Positions 38,384 through 51,946 of a stretch of DNA of 64,000 nucleotides are shown one piece after another (position 1 is the first letter of the stretch; every line of letters starts with the position of its first letter). The DNA is from Botryllus schlosseri (Eukaryota). The notes under the pieces were generated by a model. It searched no databases. It worked only from the letters and a program-made list of their open reading frames with translations, and was not told where the DNA came from. The DNA lies in assembly GCA_051294905.1 (NCBI GenBank), contig CM119372.1:21454001-21518000 (forward strand), read 5' to 3'. The translations under genes and the position numbers were made by a program.

Positions 38384-39483
38384 CGTCAGGTAGGGTTACC
38401 ATATACGTCCTCCTTTAGGAGGATTTGTCCTCCGTCTTCGGGTTTTTGAAAATGTCCTCCGCGGACGCATAAATGTCCTACTTCTTGAGATTTTGTCCTC
38501 ATTTTTAGAATTTGAGTTGAAATCCGACCGAGATACCATAACATTGCATTGAATTAACGCTCAGGCGGGTATTTCAGGAGTCGAAGGAAAGTTGACCTTT
38601 TTTTAGTCAACCACCTGACGAAGTGAAGGAAAAAACAGTATTTTGGTCGCTGAGCGAGAAAGTTTAACCTTCTTTCAGTCAGCCGACTACGAAGCAGAGG
38701 TGGCCAGTAACGAAGTACTTCTACTTTTTCGAAGTAATCAAGTAGTTTTCCTCTACTTCTAGTACTTACTCAAGTAGATCTGAATTTCACTACTTCTACT
38801 TCTACTTCATAATTTTTTTGTGATCTATTTACTTACTTTTCGCTATTTTCATTCTGTCAAGTAGAAATAGTTTAATCCTCCAATCAGGAAGATAGCTGGA
38901 GTAATTTGGGGGCTGTTTTCACGGAGTATCGACATTTAATTTTCATAAAAGTTGAGTTAAGCCTAGAATTTCGGTCGCGCTTCGCGCGCAGTGAATGCAG
39001 AGTATCCAGTATTATTTCACGAAAGTATCGTTGAATATAATTTATGTAGCGGGTGGGCGTGGTTCCGTTCACACCGCATTGTCACCCTTCGCCATATCAA
39101 ATATTTCATCACGGTATATATGGCTTATCATAATGTTTGAAACTGATGTTTCGCAATCTAGCATTTACTTATCATACCGTAATCTAGCTGTCCATGGCGT
39201 GTCCTAATCTGGAAAAGTGGACTCTGACTTTTCTTTAGTTTTGGAGCTGTTTCAGCATACTAACCTTTGAAACTTTCTGGACTAAAGACATTAAATACAT
39301 GTTCCGTTATTAGATTTAGATTTCACTTGCAATTCCCAGTACCATATATTTTGATTTCTAATCAATATCAGTTCTTTTGTATGGATAACATACATGTTGA
39401 AGCATAAAAGCAAGTGTGGTAATGCCTTCAATTTCCAGAAATAAAGCTTGCAGCAAACAATACGTTCATACTGCCAAATTTAT

Positions 39484-39523
39484 TCCACTGCAAGCTTTTC
39501 GACTTGCTCTCTTCAGCAGTGAA
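39484..39523 (-). ncRNA. Second minimal hammerhead motif, variant copy
   Basis: Minus strand reads CACUG-CUGAAGA-GAGCAAGUC-GAAA-AGCU-UG-CAGUG. A G at the cleavage position suggests weak or no activity. Confidence 0.6.
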
Positions 39524-39778
39524 CGCCAGTAAATGAGGTTAACCAAGTTCGAAATATAGAAAGAATTCTGTCGTTGTGACATAATAATGACAAGTCCCAT
39601 AGGCGCCGACTTACGAGGTTACCAGGTGGCGCAGTCACCTCGTGACCACATTTACGAGGTGGCGGCCACCTCGTACAAAATGCTCAAACGCTCAAGTGAT
39701 TTGTGATCAGTAATTAGTAATAAGGCGAATCGATGCGACCTCGTTAGAGACGTCTTCGATTTTGATACGCGCACGTGC

Positions 39779-40775
39779 CAGGCGCGTAGCCACGGGGGTT
39801 TCGGGGGTCGAACTTCCCTATTTGAAACGCGAAACCCCGTCTTTTTGAAATGATCATTCTAACTCTAATATTCAGTTGCACTTCAATAATTGTGTAATCA
39901 GTGTTCCGCGCGGCGGATTTGAAAGAAACGTGTTGTCAATTAGCAAGAAGAATCTGTGATGATCTCCCGCTGAGATGGTCGCGAAATTAGGTCATTCATT
40001 CCCATGCGCATGGCAATCGTCGCTAGCCTGATTTATCGCGTCTCGATCAAGCCTGGTTCCGCAGGCTTCAACAATCGCATCTGCAAATCGCCCAGTTCAC
40101 ACTATATCATCGCTTAACTGCGCAATCGAATCTGCATTGGCGGCTTCGGCCTGGTGTGCACGATATCATCGCTGGCTCACACAATAGCATCTGCAATAGA
40201 CCTGGAGTGAAAGAGATCATTGCTGGCCTATGGCCGAACTATATCGCGTCTCGGGCCTAGCATGCTTTGGCTCCTATCTCTCGCTGGTTTCGAGACAATG
40301 CGGTCGAGTTTACGCTAATTAGTGATTGTTTTATGTCATATTGAATAAAAAGTGACATCGCGAAACTGAATAACATCAAATCGCTGCAAATAGACTTTAA
40401 CGTGCGAAATTGATTCCCGCTAATACTTAAACGTAACGACCAGAAGATGTGTATCATCTCTCGAGTTATGAAATACGACTAAGGTTTGAGATCGGTGCAA
40501 TCAAGTTCGAACATTTTGATTTGCGAAAACTGTAGCCGAGACTGCGTAACACGCGCGGCCCGCGCGCGTATTTAATTGTTCACCAGTGACTCTCTAATTG
40601 ACAGCACTCCCGGACTCTTAGGCAAGCTTATCATACGCCTAAAATATACGAAGAGATTATATGATCGCCATTTTCCCATTTACACATGTACCTGACCCTA
40701 ATTGAATTGATGCTATATTGGTAAATAAGAAAAAAGAATCCAATCCCCCTAATTTTTCGACTGGCCACACGCCTA
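39779..40775. mobile_element. Degenerate hAT-type element inside level 3
   Basis: Ends CAGGCGCGTAGCCA / TGGCCACACGCCTA; flanks GCACGTGC / GCGTGTGC match at 6 of 8. Confidence 0.55.
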
Positions 40776-40816
40776 GCGTGTGCTGAGAAGCACCATCCTA
40801 GATCTCCTCAGCCGAC

Positions 40817-43316
40817 CAGACATGGGGTAATCGCGATTAGTAATCGTAATCGATTACGACGATTACAGCATTTTGAAGTAATCGTAATCGCAATCGATTA
40901 CATTCGAAAAAAATCCGAAGTAATCGTAATCGTAATCGACTACTTCCCATATCTAATCGATTTTTTTGTGAAAGAACGATTACTTTTTGTTTGTACAAGG
41001 ACTATGACATAAACTGAATATTCGTGAACAAGAATGAGATAATATACCACGTTAGCGATAGCACAAACGTCTGTTTTCAAACGCCACTACTCATTATTAC
41101 GTCAGAAGTATTAGCTCCGCTCGTCATTGCGTAAGAAGTATCCACATTCCACACATAGTAAACAGACATGCGATGGACATTGTAGTGTGATTGTAAGAAC
41201 ACCTCCGTGGTGTATATCAGGTTATCAATACACTGCAGAAGCCCCTAGCTCGCAGCAGGATATTGATCACCACACTGCCTATAGTTTCAAATAGTAACTT
41301 ATGTATTGATGTTTGGTTGTGCTTAGTTAAACGCAGTTTACCGTTGCTGCTTGGCGAGCAGGAGGCCTACGTACGCACGTCGCACGTGCACCTGACGAAG
41401 ATTCGGAATTTTGTACTCGTCGAATAAAACATTGCAGTTTCCACAACGAAGCATTACAAATAAACAGCTGCTGATATATATCATAACTGAGCCGTGCTTA
41501 GCCGTTTCTCGTAACAGCAGCTCGCAGTATATGTATTAAGTTGAAGGCAGAATTTTTATGTTCACTATATCTTATTCTCATATAACTACTTGAAACGGGC
41601 GTCAATCGTTATTTCACAGTTCGTTACTCAGCATTTGGACCTGCCGCCATAACCATCCGCTTATATAGCCTGACATGTTAGCGTGGGTTGTAGCTAGAAT
41701 CAGAACCAAAACAGCAATTCGTCCCCCAGTCCGACCGTTGGTCAATTTTCAAAACTGAATTTCGTCAATAATATTGGTAATTGCATTATATTACTATTCA
41801 TTTATAACCTCTCTCAGCCCCGAATGTCAGATTTACCTGTAGATCTGGGGCACGTAATTCATAATTATAGCATCTGGTATGTTGTTATAATTACTTTATT
41901 GTATGTTGTTAATTCGCGACCTCCAGTCTGTTGTGTAATCAGAGGATATTGTACTCGCCCAAACGTAGCAGACTAAAAGAATATCTTTCGTGAGACGCAC
42001 ACACAAATTGTCATGGCTTTATTCCTTTGTGGATGCGCCGGGTGGCATTTGCATTGTGGGCCCAGATTGGAAGGACAGGAGTTATTAGTCACGCCCACCC
42101 AGCGCGGCTATTGACAATGGACGAATACCCTAAGTTTCGGCCAAGGTATTTCTTTGGTATCGCATCCCGTGGAGTTGCGTGTTGGCCGAAACTGCATATG
42201 TATTTTGGTGTGTTGTGGGATCGTGTCGCGGTAATGACCGGCTCCGAAATGCCTGTTCCCATAAAATAGCCTGTGCATGTTTTTTCTTGGGGGGGAGAGG
42301 TATGCATTTCAAACCCAGCTATCTACTGGAGCAGGGGTCACCAACCGTTTTGAAACAAAAAGCTACTTCCTGTGTAGTGTGTACTGAATATTGCGACGAC
42401 CGACGGGTTACCACTTACTCCCGCCGTTTATCCCTGTTCAATTGGATCTCTTCACTTAGAGTTCAACTAGGCCGGGTTTCCGCCCCTTACCAAGAACAAA
42501 AAACGCTCACTCGCCGGGACTCACACCAGCTCCTCCGGGCTCAGTTGCGTTGCTGCAGTGCGCGCCGAAACGCCAATCTCCGCGTCGAGACTCGGGAATA
42601 TTAACTATAGATTCCCGTTGAGCCGCCGCGTGGGCGAAGACGAGCAATGCCCCGAGCGACTGCGTTCGTATGTTCCTTGGGGTCGGCCGACCCGTGTTCA
42701 ACTGCTGCTCATATGAAACCAGCTTCAACTTTCAAATCTCTCATTTGGATATTTGCTACAGCGACCGCGGGCGACTCATTTGGTCCGCGTTAGTGACCCC
42801 TGTACTAGAGACATTTGAATCGCAAAGCTCGAAGAACATATTCAAGAATTAATTAAATTCTCGAAAATACTCTATAATTTATGTTGGATTACGAAATACT
42901 TTTGAGTCCCCTTCGAGCACGCTCCCCACCCTATTAAGGAATTTGGGGAGCGGCAGGTAAAGACCTGGCAATAATCCAAATCGTTGGGTGCGATAAATCA
43001 TCCCCTATAAAGTTGGGCAATTGGTATATTATGACGTAATAAGCAAATGACGCATGATGTATGAAGAGAGTTGGTATCTCATTAAGCCTTTTCATCGTAA
43101 TCCTTGTATTGCCTTCCAATATCATTTAAGATTATAGTCCTAAGAAGCAAAACAAATGTAATCGTGAGTAATCGTGATTACTTTTCCAATGTAATCGTAA
43201 TCGTAATCGACTACTTCCTGATTTTGCTGTAATCGTAATCGTAATCGTAATCGCGTGATTCTGAAGTAATCGTAATCGCAATCGATTACATTCATGAAGT
43301 AATCACCCCATGTCTG
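40817..43316. mobile_element. CAGACATGGGG element with GTAATC repeats (nest level 4)
   Basis: TIRs CAGACATGGGGT / ACCCCATGTCTG; perfect TSD CAGCCGAC. Confidence 0.9.
42332..42802. mobile_element. Charlie-like MITE (nest level 5)
   Basis: TIRs CAGGGGTCAC / GTGACCCCTG; TSD TACTGGAG / TACTAGAG. Confidence 0.8.
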
Positions 43317-44587
43317 CAGCCGACCAGGCGCCCAGATATACGTTCTGCTTTTCTGAAATCTAAATTATGTGCACCCATATTCGTTTACAAAACCATTCAT
43401 GAGCTAGCTAGCTTCGTGATAGGTAATCGGAGCGCGGAATTGGAGGGTGTGTGCCTGCAAATTGGAATTCATTTCTGCGCAGATTCGTTTCTCTAACAAG
43501 GCTTTACCAGCGACATTAATCGGGGAATGCAGCAATACAGCTTAAACACCGATATAATGAGAAAACAATTGTCGCGACGAAAGCTACTCAATATGGTGTC
43601 AGACTCAAAACCGACTCGTGGCGATACTGATTAGATTACACGCTACTTGATACATTCGTACTCCGAAATTGTCACACGAAGTCATTTCTCAGTCTTCCTA
43701 TCATTATTAACGGGATGCGTCACAAGATTATGGGTGGCACAAATTCTGATTTTATTCGATTCGTTCGAACCTTCTACATTCCGATAAACTTGATTGCTGG
43801 ATGTACTCGGATCGAGAACAACATTACCGAAAATTAAACTATTAGGCATTAGATAGACAGTGGATTTCTATTGGTACGATCGCGGCATGCGTCCGGAAGT
43901 GGAATTAATTCTAGCCCCCCAAGGGTGGCCAACCCACGGCCGTAGAACGAAATTTGTGCGGCCGTCAACACGTAATTTAATTAGCATGCGTTGGCGGCCG
44001 TCGACATGCAGATTGAATTTACGAATTGACCAATGTACTCTCGAAATGCTTCACGAACTTAAATTGGGAAATGCACCAATGTTTTAATCATCAAACCATT
44101 GCCGCGATGCGAGTTGGTCAACGCGAAGCAAGAAACCGCAAGAGACAATTACTGATTGGCTGCGCGATTTCGCGTTTGTAATCATCATTATTGTCTGCTT
44201 GAAGTATTCGAGAGTTGCCGCGTGTTACTTGCAAGGCCAGTGCGTAGTGTATTTATCGTTAGTACATCTGGGCATTGCGTGTGAATAACATTGATGCAAC
44301 TGCAGATTCCATCGGACGGACTGGTAGCGCAGGCCGCAGTTACACTTCAAATGATCGTACCGTTTTAAGATTCCATTTAATAACTCGACTGCATGGTTTG
44401 ATATTAATGAGTGCAGGGCCGATATTAAAACGTCACGCGAATGCATGCAGTAAAGTGCGTTTTCGTGCGACGATGAAGTCATCGATATGGAACAATTATG
44501 ACGTCACAAGAATTCGCCACCTCGTAAAAAAATAGAAGTCGGCGCCTATGACAAGTACACAGAGTCGCGAACGGCAGTAATCACTAG

Positions 44588-45013
44588 CAGAGATGAGCGG
44601 ATTTGAAATTTCTATGTCCTAATCCAATCCAAATCCGAACCTTCAAATCCAAATCCAAATCCTAGTCCATAACTTTTTCTTATTCAAGTCCATGTCCAAT
44701 CCTAATCCGATTCCAACTGGAAATTCAGAAAAAATACTAATTTATGCAATGGAGGGATTCGAAAATTTTCTTTCACAACCAACAATTCATTTGATTCAAG
44801 ATAACTTAGTAACCATAAGTACAATAATAACTGATCTGAATAAAGTTTGTCGCCATTCGCCACACAACATTTCAATCTCCCAGAAAATAGGTAAATCCAA
44901 TCCAAATCCTAATCCGTTCTGAAAAAATGTCTAATCCAAATCCAATCCAAATCCGACAAAATTTCACAAATCCTGTTTTTTCAAAACCTAATCCTAATCC
45001 ATGCTCATCTCTG
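44588..45013. mobile_element. CAGAGATGAGC MITE with AATCC repeats
   Basis: TIRs CAGAGATGAGC / GCTCATCTCTG; perfect TSD ATCACTAG; near-identical copy at 51038-51464. Confidence 0.9.
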
Positions 45014-45018
45014 ATCAC

Positions 45019-45835
45019 TAGGGATGGTGTAAACGTGAGGTTCACGTTCGCGTGCTGTATGTGAACCTCGGAAATTTAGAGGTTCACGTTTACAACAGAA
45101 CCTTGGTAGGTTCTGCACTGTGAACCTTTTTCATATATTACAATTTTCACTTCATTATGACATCTTCCGTTCAAATTTATTGCATTTCTACTGCGGGCTA
45201 CTCTATTCATGGCGCTGGCAGTATAAAAATCTACAGTAAACGAGCATGCACCTTGACAATCTCAAAAGTTTTACTTGCTTTGTTACAAAAGTTTGCTCGA
45301 AATATCCAGCTTAATTACTGTTTGTGACTTTCTGCTGTGAGCTTGACCCGTAATCACACAACATCACGAGCGAAATACGTAGTCAGCAATGATGATTACT
45401 CGAACAATCAATGAGATTGATATCGTTTTCTGATGTAAAAATCCAGCAGGTGTTCGGGGTCGATCTTGACTTCATAGGTTCACTGTATCATTAAAACCAA
45501 ATCCGTACGATTGAGGTGTTGGCTTCTGCTGTATAACTTGTTAATGGAGTAAAATCAGTAGCAAGTATAGAAACCCGTTTTACACTCTGCCTAATATCAA
45601 TGTAGCAATACTCAGACGCCGAATACATTGTCCGGTCTGGGCTAGACCGTTAAGTCGTAAGCTTTTATTCCCTGGTAAGTCGTCATCGAAATTGTTGGCT
45701 AAGCGACGGAAAATATTGATTTTATGGAATTATTATATCATTTGATTGCCCCATTTGATACATTTAGCGACGTTTAAAACGCCAATATGTACCTCAGCAT
45801 TATGTGGCCCGAGTCGTCGTTAGGTATCGTGTACA
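45019..45835 (+). mobile_element. Truncated copy of the TAGGGATGGTGT MITE family
   Basis: Aligns with 49937-50822. Confidence 0.8.
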
Positions 45836-48006
45836 GTCAGAACCGTAACTACCGCACCCCAAACCCCCAATTGAGGGGGGCAAGCCCAAAGGGAGCCAAC
45901 AATTATTTCGTGAATTATCATAAACTATAGAGTATTTTTTTAAAGTTATGCATCTTTTCAAAAATTTTTTGAAGGGGGGGGGGGCTGACGAAGTGCTGTT
46001 TCGTTCCTGGCAACGGGTATACACCTGGAGATGTTTAATTATTATTGAGGGTTCCTACCTTTTCAAACACACCTCACTCAGCTCTACCGGTAAATCCGAT
46101 TACGAAAGCAGAGAGAGGGTAAAAACTAATAGCAATATATGTGCATTCCCGATCATATTGGCCGATTCAGTCATCGAATTATCCAAATTCTCACGCATCG
46201 CGCTTGTAGGCGAGAAAAGCTGACATATTGAATGGACAGCCAATGTAGACAAGGTAGGACAAGTAGCGGGAAACAGCGCACAGGCTGAGGGTGGTCTGGG
46301 GGGCGTAGCCGGGGGGCGTAGCCGGGGGGCGTAGCCGGGGGGCGTAGTTTACTAATCGCACAATGTGTTTGCACCGTATCCAACACGCCATCTCCGTATT
46401 GCTCTTCGACTAAACTACAGGCCTTATAGTATGGGGAGTGCGCAATACCATGATATTTTCTAAAACGTGCTGTTTGAGTAAACAGAGGATTAGTATCGCA
46501 TTTCAATATCAATACTATCATTTTCATCCCATGATGTGGACGAATGCTTATACTTATGATATCGAAAATTGGATACCTACTTGTATGCATCAATATGAAT
46601 CAAGCTCATCACCTTTCGCATAGCTCAATTTGCACCTTTTTACAATCCATGTGAACGAATTAGGATCGTTTGACAACTACTTACTTACTTGAGTACTGTT
46701 AAAGTCAGTCAATTCTACTTCTACTTAAAGTAGTTTTAGGTTGCTCATGGAAGAAGTACTTCTACTTGTACTTGAGAAGATTTTTTCGTCGCTACTTCTA
46801 CTTCTACTTGAGTAGTTTTCTTGACTACTTTGACCACCTCTGCTACGAAGTGGAAAAAAATTACCATTTTTTCAAGATTTTCCTTTGGTATTCTAAGTTT
46901 GAAAATTTTGCAAAAGTGCCCTCCTTTCCCGATTCCAAAATATGGTAACCCTAACGCCAGGGAACTTCCTAAATACCAAGAAAATATGTAGTATGATGTT
47001 TTAAGCTGTTTGGAAGAATTTTATATGGCAGCTCTTTGCAACTTTTTCTATTTTTTCGTGCGACTTTTTAGTGCAACATTATCAAGTATTGCCCAAAATG
47101 TGAAGGAGTAATTTAAAACAAACATGCTATTAAACTATTTCTATAGGGTTCTCTCTTTGATTTGCTTAGCAAAGAGCAATGTGATGGATTAGCTGTATCT
47201 AATTGTCCCATATGACGCAGTGGCGTGTAGTTTAGAAGTTCAACGACCTCAGCCAATCACGGACGCCCATTTCGCGCCCATTTTCACATTTTCACTGGGT
47301 CACCTTTTCGGGCTATTGATTTTGTTAAATTCGCCAACACTGAGTTTTGGTGCAATGCCTTGGGTCAAGTTTGCAGATCTAGAGAGTTCGGGGTACCTAG
47401 GGTATTTGACTTGTTTTATGGAATATCGCTTTGCTGTTTGACTTTTGTGGAAAATTATTTTCTTGCTGCGTACGGGTAGGTCTAGCCAGGCCGTCAGTGA
47501 AATGGGGAAGTACCCAATTTGACTGCTTTGCAGGGGTTGGCAGCGGAACGCTGTCACGTAGCTGTCAAATCTAAAGAACAGAAGTGTATGGATGATCGAT
47601 TGAAAAGCGAAGAAAGTAAAGAAACAAGCAGACATCGTGCAAATCTTGGACTGTTGTGTTACACAACGGAACCTTTGGAGCATCTCATACCCTAATAATT
47701 TCTAACGATTTTAGTGCGACAGAAATCTACCCTACTAATCATGTCTTTGGTCTGACCCGGCCGGGGATTGAATCAACCACCGACCAACCGATCAAGAAGC
47801 CGTACGCTTCATCATTACGCAATCTTCTCAGTATAACAAAAACTGCTTTAAGGTTGTGGAACTGCTATGAACTTTCAAGTTGGATTAAGCTAAAGAGCCA
47901 AACACGCGGTATTGTGACTTCCTGTGCTGTTTTCATTTACTCGCGGGACAGAAAATGGGAAATTGAAAAATGAAACAGAACACAAGTTGGAGCAGATTAT
48001 CATAAG

Positions 48007-48483
48007 TAGGGCTGAGCAAAATCGAATAGGCCTACCTGAGTGATTCTATTTTGAATCGAGTATTTCCCTTGAAGCCGTGTCGAGTATTCGAGTACCACTC
48101 ATTATGATGTCATGTGATATGAATGACGTGAAAATTACAAATATGCTTATTCTATGCGGCCTCGAAGAACATAACAAGCCAGTTGTGTGACATTACAGAT
48201 GATTTGGTGTTTTTCTACTATACCTGTTCATTGCAATTTGTGACAATTATGTGAGTTGATCACAACTTCACACATATGTCATTTCCACTAACGTGCGTAG
48301 CTTTTTACTACATGTTTCGTATATGCTGCGTGCAACCAATCGAGGTTTCAAAGGCCTGCACAATGTAAAATAGTGTCGAAATTATTATTTTAGTTGAAAA
48401 TTCATCTTTTACTACTCGGTTCGAATCACTAGAATCATTACTCGATTCACATTCGAGCACTCGAATCAGGGTGCCTAACCCTA
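48007..48483. mobile_element. hAT-type MITE with TCGAAT/TCGAGT subterminal motifs
   Basis: TAGGG...CCCTA ends; perfect TSD ATCATAAG; related partial copy near 2982-3290. Confidence 0.8.
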
Positions 48484-48795
48484 ATCATAAGGTATCGAGC
48501 TCTAATGTGCCTACTCTGCTTTATAGTTTTGGAGCTTATTTTCCCAGCCATCAGATGTATCAAAACAAACATGTGGGTTTTGCACCCCTTCGACGAACTG
48601 GAGCCTCCGGGAATTTTGTGTCATACTCTTAAAACCGATTTCTGCTAGCGAGCATTTTTTACTCGCGAAAAATACGCAGTATTTTCGATAGGAGTGCTGG
48701 ATGGTTCTTATAAAGACCTGGTCGTCCAACATTATACGTTATTGTCCAAAACACATCAACTTATTTGCCCGAAAAGGGTTTTAGTGCGCTATAGT

Positions 48796-49174
48796 TAGGG
48801 TTACCATATTTTGTAATCGGGAAAGGACGACACATTTTCAAAATTCTCAAACCCAGAATTCCGGAGAAAATCTAGAAAAAAAAGGCCAACTTCCTCGACC
48901 AGCGCCCAAAATACAGTTTTTTCCTTCACGTTTACAGGTGGTTGCCTAAAAAAAGGTCATTTTTTCTGGTTCGGCTCCCAAATTGCCCACCAGAGCTTTA
49001 CTTCGGTGCTGATTTACGGTATCTCACTCCAATTCCACAGTAGATTTGACCAAAATTCTCCAAAAAGAGGACAAAATCTCAAAAAGGAGGCCATTTAGGC
49101 GTCCGCGGCGGACATTTTCAAAAACCTGAAAAAGGAGGACAAATCTTCCTAAAGGAGGACGTATGGTAACCCTA
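48796..49174. mobile_element. TAGGGTTACCATA MITE
   Basis: Perfect TIRs; perfect TSD GCTATAGT. Confidence 0.9.
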
Positions 49175-49800
49175 GCTATAGTTGAAATCATAACGAGAAA
49201 GGATAGTTGTCTTTTTAATGAGACACTTGATGGCCGAAACCAGTAGCCTATTTGTTGCTTAAATATCTTCATTTTATTTTTGTATAACAATTTTAGGTTG
49301 GCTTGTGCGGATGAAATGTTTTTTTGCGGAAAAGGCGCGGATAGTGCTCAAAAAGGTTGAAAAGCACTGTTCTATGCTATGGCAGGTCCCTGATACGACC
49401 TACTACGGCTTTAACAGAAGCTTCGTATAGTCGGTTCTCAATCTCCAATTCTCCCTTAGCGATTACCACCTACAACTCCAGACTGTTTTATACTGTAAGA
49501 TAACTCGAAACATCGATTGACAAAATATATCACGACATCAGACAATCTAAGAAACGTAGATGGACTGCAACCAAGATCCACGCAAACGGAATGTATATGG
49601 TCTCACGCACACTCCCCGCAGCTTGCAATTTACAGGCGAATCAGGGTTCTTTGCCGCGATCTATCACTCCCAAGCGATCTTCAGTGATCTCTCCATGCTA
49701 CTTCTACACTCGTGGCTGCAATTTCTAGTATCATTCCCTACTTCCCTATTACTTCACATTTCTACTTCCACCCACACTACGACAAATTTCTAACACCGAA

Positions 49801-49825
49801 ACACACACACACACGCACGCACTCA

Positions 49826-49914
<89 letters not shown>
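49801..49914. repeat. (CA)n microsatellite
   Basis: Long AC run, uninterrupted from about 49828. Confidence 0.98.
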
Positions 49915-49922
<8 letters not shown>

Positions 49923-49936
49923 GTATGTATATATAT

Positions 49937-50979
49937 TAGGGATGGTGTGAACGTGAGGTTCACGTTCGCGTTCTGTGTGTGAACTGTGAACCTCGGAAAT
50001 TTAGAGGTTCGCGTTCACAACAGAACCTTGGTAGGTTCTGCACTGTGAACCTTTTTCATATATTATAATTTTCACTTCATTATAACATCTTTGGTTCATA
50101 TTAATTGCATTTCAACTGCGGGCCACTCTATGCATGGCGCTGGCAGCATTAAAAATTAACACTATAAACGAGCATGCACCTTGACAATCTCAAAAGTTTT
50201 AGTTGCTTTGTAACAAATGTTTGCTCGAAATATTCAGGGATATCTAGACCCTGGAAATATTCAGCTTTCCGTTTGTGAATATTTAGTGTCTCTCTGCTGT
50301 GAGTTTGACCTGCGATCACACAACATCACGAGCGAAATAGCCTACGTAGTCAGCGAATGATGCTTATATTCAACCAATCAATGAGATTGATATCGTTTTC
50401 TGATGCAAAAAAGCTAGCAGGGGTACGGGGCAATCTTGACTCCATATCTTTACTGCATCACGAGAACCAAATCCCTGTGATTGAGGTGTTGTCTACTGCT
50501 GTAAAACTTGTTAATGGGGTAATATCGGTAGCAAGTATAGAAACCAGTTTTACTCTCAGCTCAATATCAATGTAGCGATAGGCTACTCAGACGCCGAATA
50601 CATTGTCCGGTCTGGCCTAGGCCGTTAAGGCGTAAGCTTATATTCCCTGGTAAGTCCTCGTCGAAATTGTTGGCAAAGCGACGGAAGATATTGATTTTAT
50701 AGGAGTATTATATCCTTTGATTGCCTCAGTTGAAACATTTAGTGACGTTTAAAACGCCAACATGTACTTCTGCATTGTGACATGATGTGGCCCGAGTCGT
50801 CGCTAGATAGCCTATCGTGTACGCTAATATAGGCTATCACTTCATTGAAAGATAGGGTTGGAATTAGCAATATGACGTCACGTGACGTCATGAGGTTCAC
50901 GTTCGTGTTCACACAGAACCTTTCAAAAAGGTTCGCGTTCACACGAACCTGAACCTTTCAGAGGTTCACACCATCCCTA
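49937..50979. mobile_element. Full-length TAGGGATGGTGTGAAC MITE
   Basis: 16-bp TIRs; ATATATAT on both flanks, inserted in a TA run. Confidence 0.9.
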
Positions 50980-51037
50980 ATATATATATAACCATCTTTA
51001 GCAACACAAAATGTCTCAACATTCCAGCCGTAACCAC

Positions 51038-51464
51038 CAGAGATGAGCGGATTTGAAATTTCTATGTCCTAATCCAATCCAAATCCGAACCTTCAAATCC
51101 AAATCCAAATCCTAATCCATAACATTTTTATATTCAAGTCCATGTCCAATCCTAATCCGATTCCAACTGGAAATTCAGAAAAAATACTAATTTATGCAAT
51201 GAAGGGATTCGAAAATTTTCTTTCACAACCAACGATTCACTTGATTCAAGATAACTTAGTAACCATAAGTACATTAATAACTGATCTGAATAAAGTCTGT
51301 CGCCATTCGCCACATGACATTTCAATCTCCCAGAAAATAGTTCAATCCAATCCAAATCCTAATCCGTTCTGAAAAAAATGTCTAATCCAAATCCAATCCA
51401 AATCCGACAAAATTTCACAAATCCTGTTTTTTCAAAACCTAATCCTAATCCATGCTCATCTCTG
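51038..51464. mobile_element. CAGAGATGAGC MITE, ~160 bp downstream of the GPI-protein stop codon
   Basis: TIRs intact; TSD GTAACCAC / ATAACCAC. Confidence 0.9.
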
Positions 51465-51621
51465 ATAACCACACCAAGCGCAGCATAAATTCCAAACGGC
51501 AATATAAGCATCAACATTCTCGGAATCGCGTATGTAAGGTAAGGAGTCCGAGGATTTATGAGGAGCACACTTCTGTTTTGCCATTCTTTGAGATCCCGTC
51601 CGATTTTGAAGGTGCCATGTT

Positions 51622-51946
51622 TTAGCTCCAAACGTTTTTCAACATCACCGTCATGGTTAAGATCCCTAAGAGGTTGCTGGCTTGGACCGCTGTCGAGGAA
51701 CCGGTTGTGGTGCTTGTCGCGGATGTCGGACGCAACCTGGTACTTCCCGTCGTAGTGTTATCATCGCTCTGCCTTGTGATATTATTGGTGTCTGTGGCGG
51801 TAGTTTCAACTCGTGGTCCCTGATGTCGTCGGTCTTCCTTTCCTTCCTTGGACTTAGAAGACTCGCGTATGGTTGAGACTGGGGTGGTGGCTAGTTTAAT
51901 TTGCGCGTTACACAGGTTGGCCGAGCACGCATTATAAACGCAGGAT
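51622..51946 (-). CDS. 810-aa secreted, probably GPI-anchored protein, exon 4 (last)
   Basis: TTTGCAG acceptor in phase 2; encodes SCVYNACSANLCN, a Ser/Thr-rich stalk and a hydrophobic tail GSSTAVQASNLLGILTMTVMLKNVWS*. This exon is absent from the ORF track. Confidence 0.85.

Larger units (their letters stand above)
39598..44550. mobile_element. CATAGGCGCCGACTT element (nest level 3)
   Basis: Perfect 15-bp TIRs; TSD ACAAGTCC / ACAAGTAC. Confidence 0.85.
38695..46842. mobile_element. CAGAGGTGG hAT-type element with CTACTT repeats (nest level 2)
   Basis: TIRs CAGAGGTGG / CCACCTCTG; perfect TSD CTACGAAG; sister copy at 53618-56090. Confidence 0.9.
38391..46953. mobile_element. TAGGGTTACCATA MITE expanded by nested insertions (nest level 1)
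   Basis: TIRs at 38391 and 46953; TSD ACGTCAGG / ACGCCAGG; uninterrupted relatives are ~380-420 bp. Confidence 0.85.

Noticed and set aside
41181..41445. Solo LTR or a hammerhead-like CTGACGA motif
   Set aside because: No TSD, and the GAAA core and stem I pairing are missing.
44692..51372. Duplicated MSNPNPIPTG ORFs as a gene pair
   Set aside because: Both are translations of the AATCC-repeat MITE copies.
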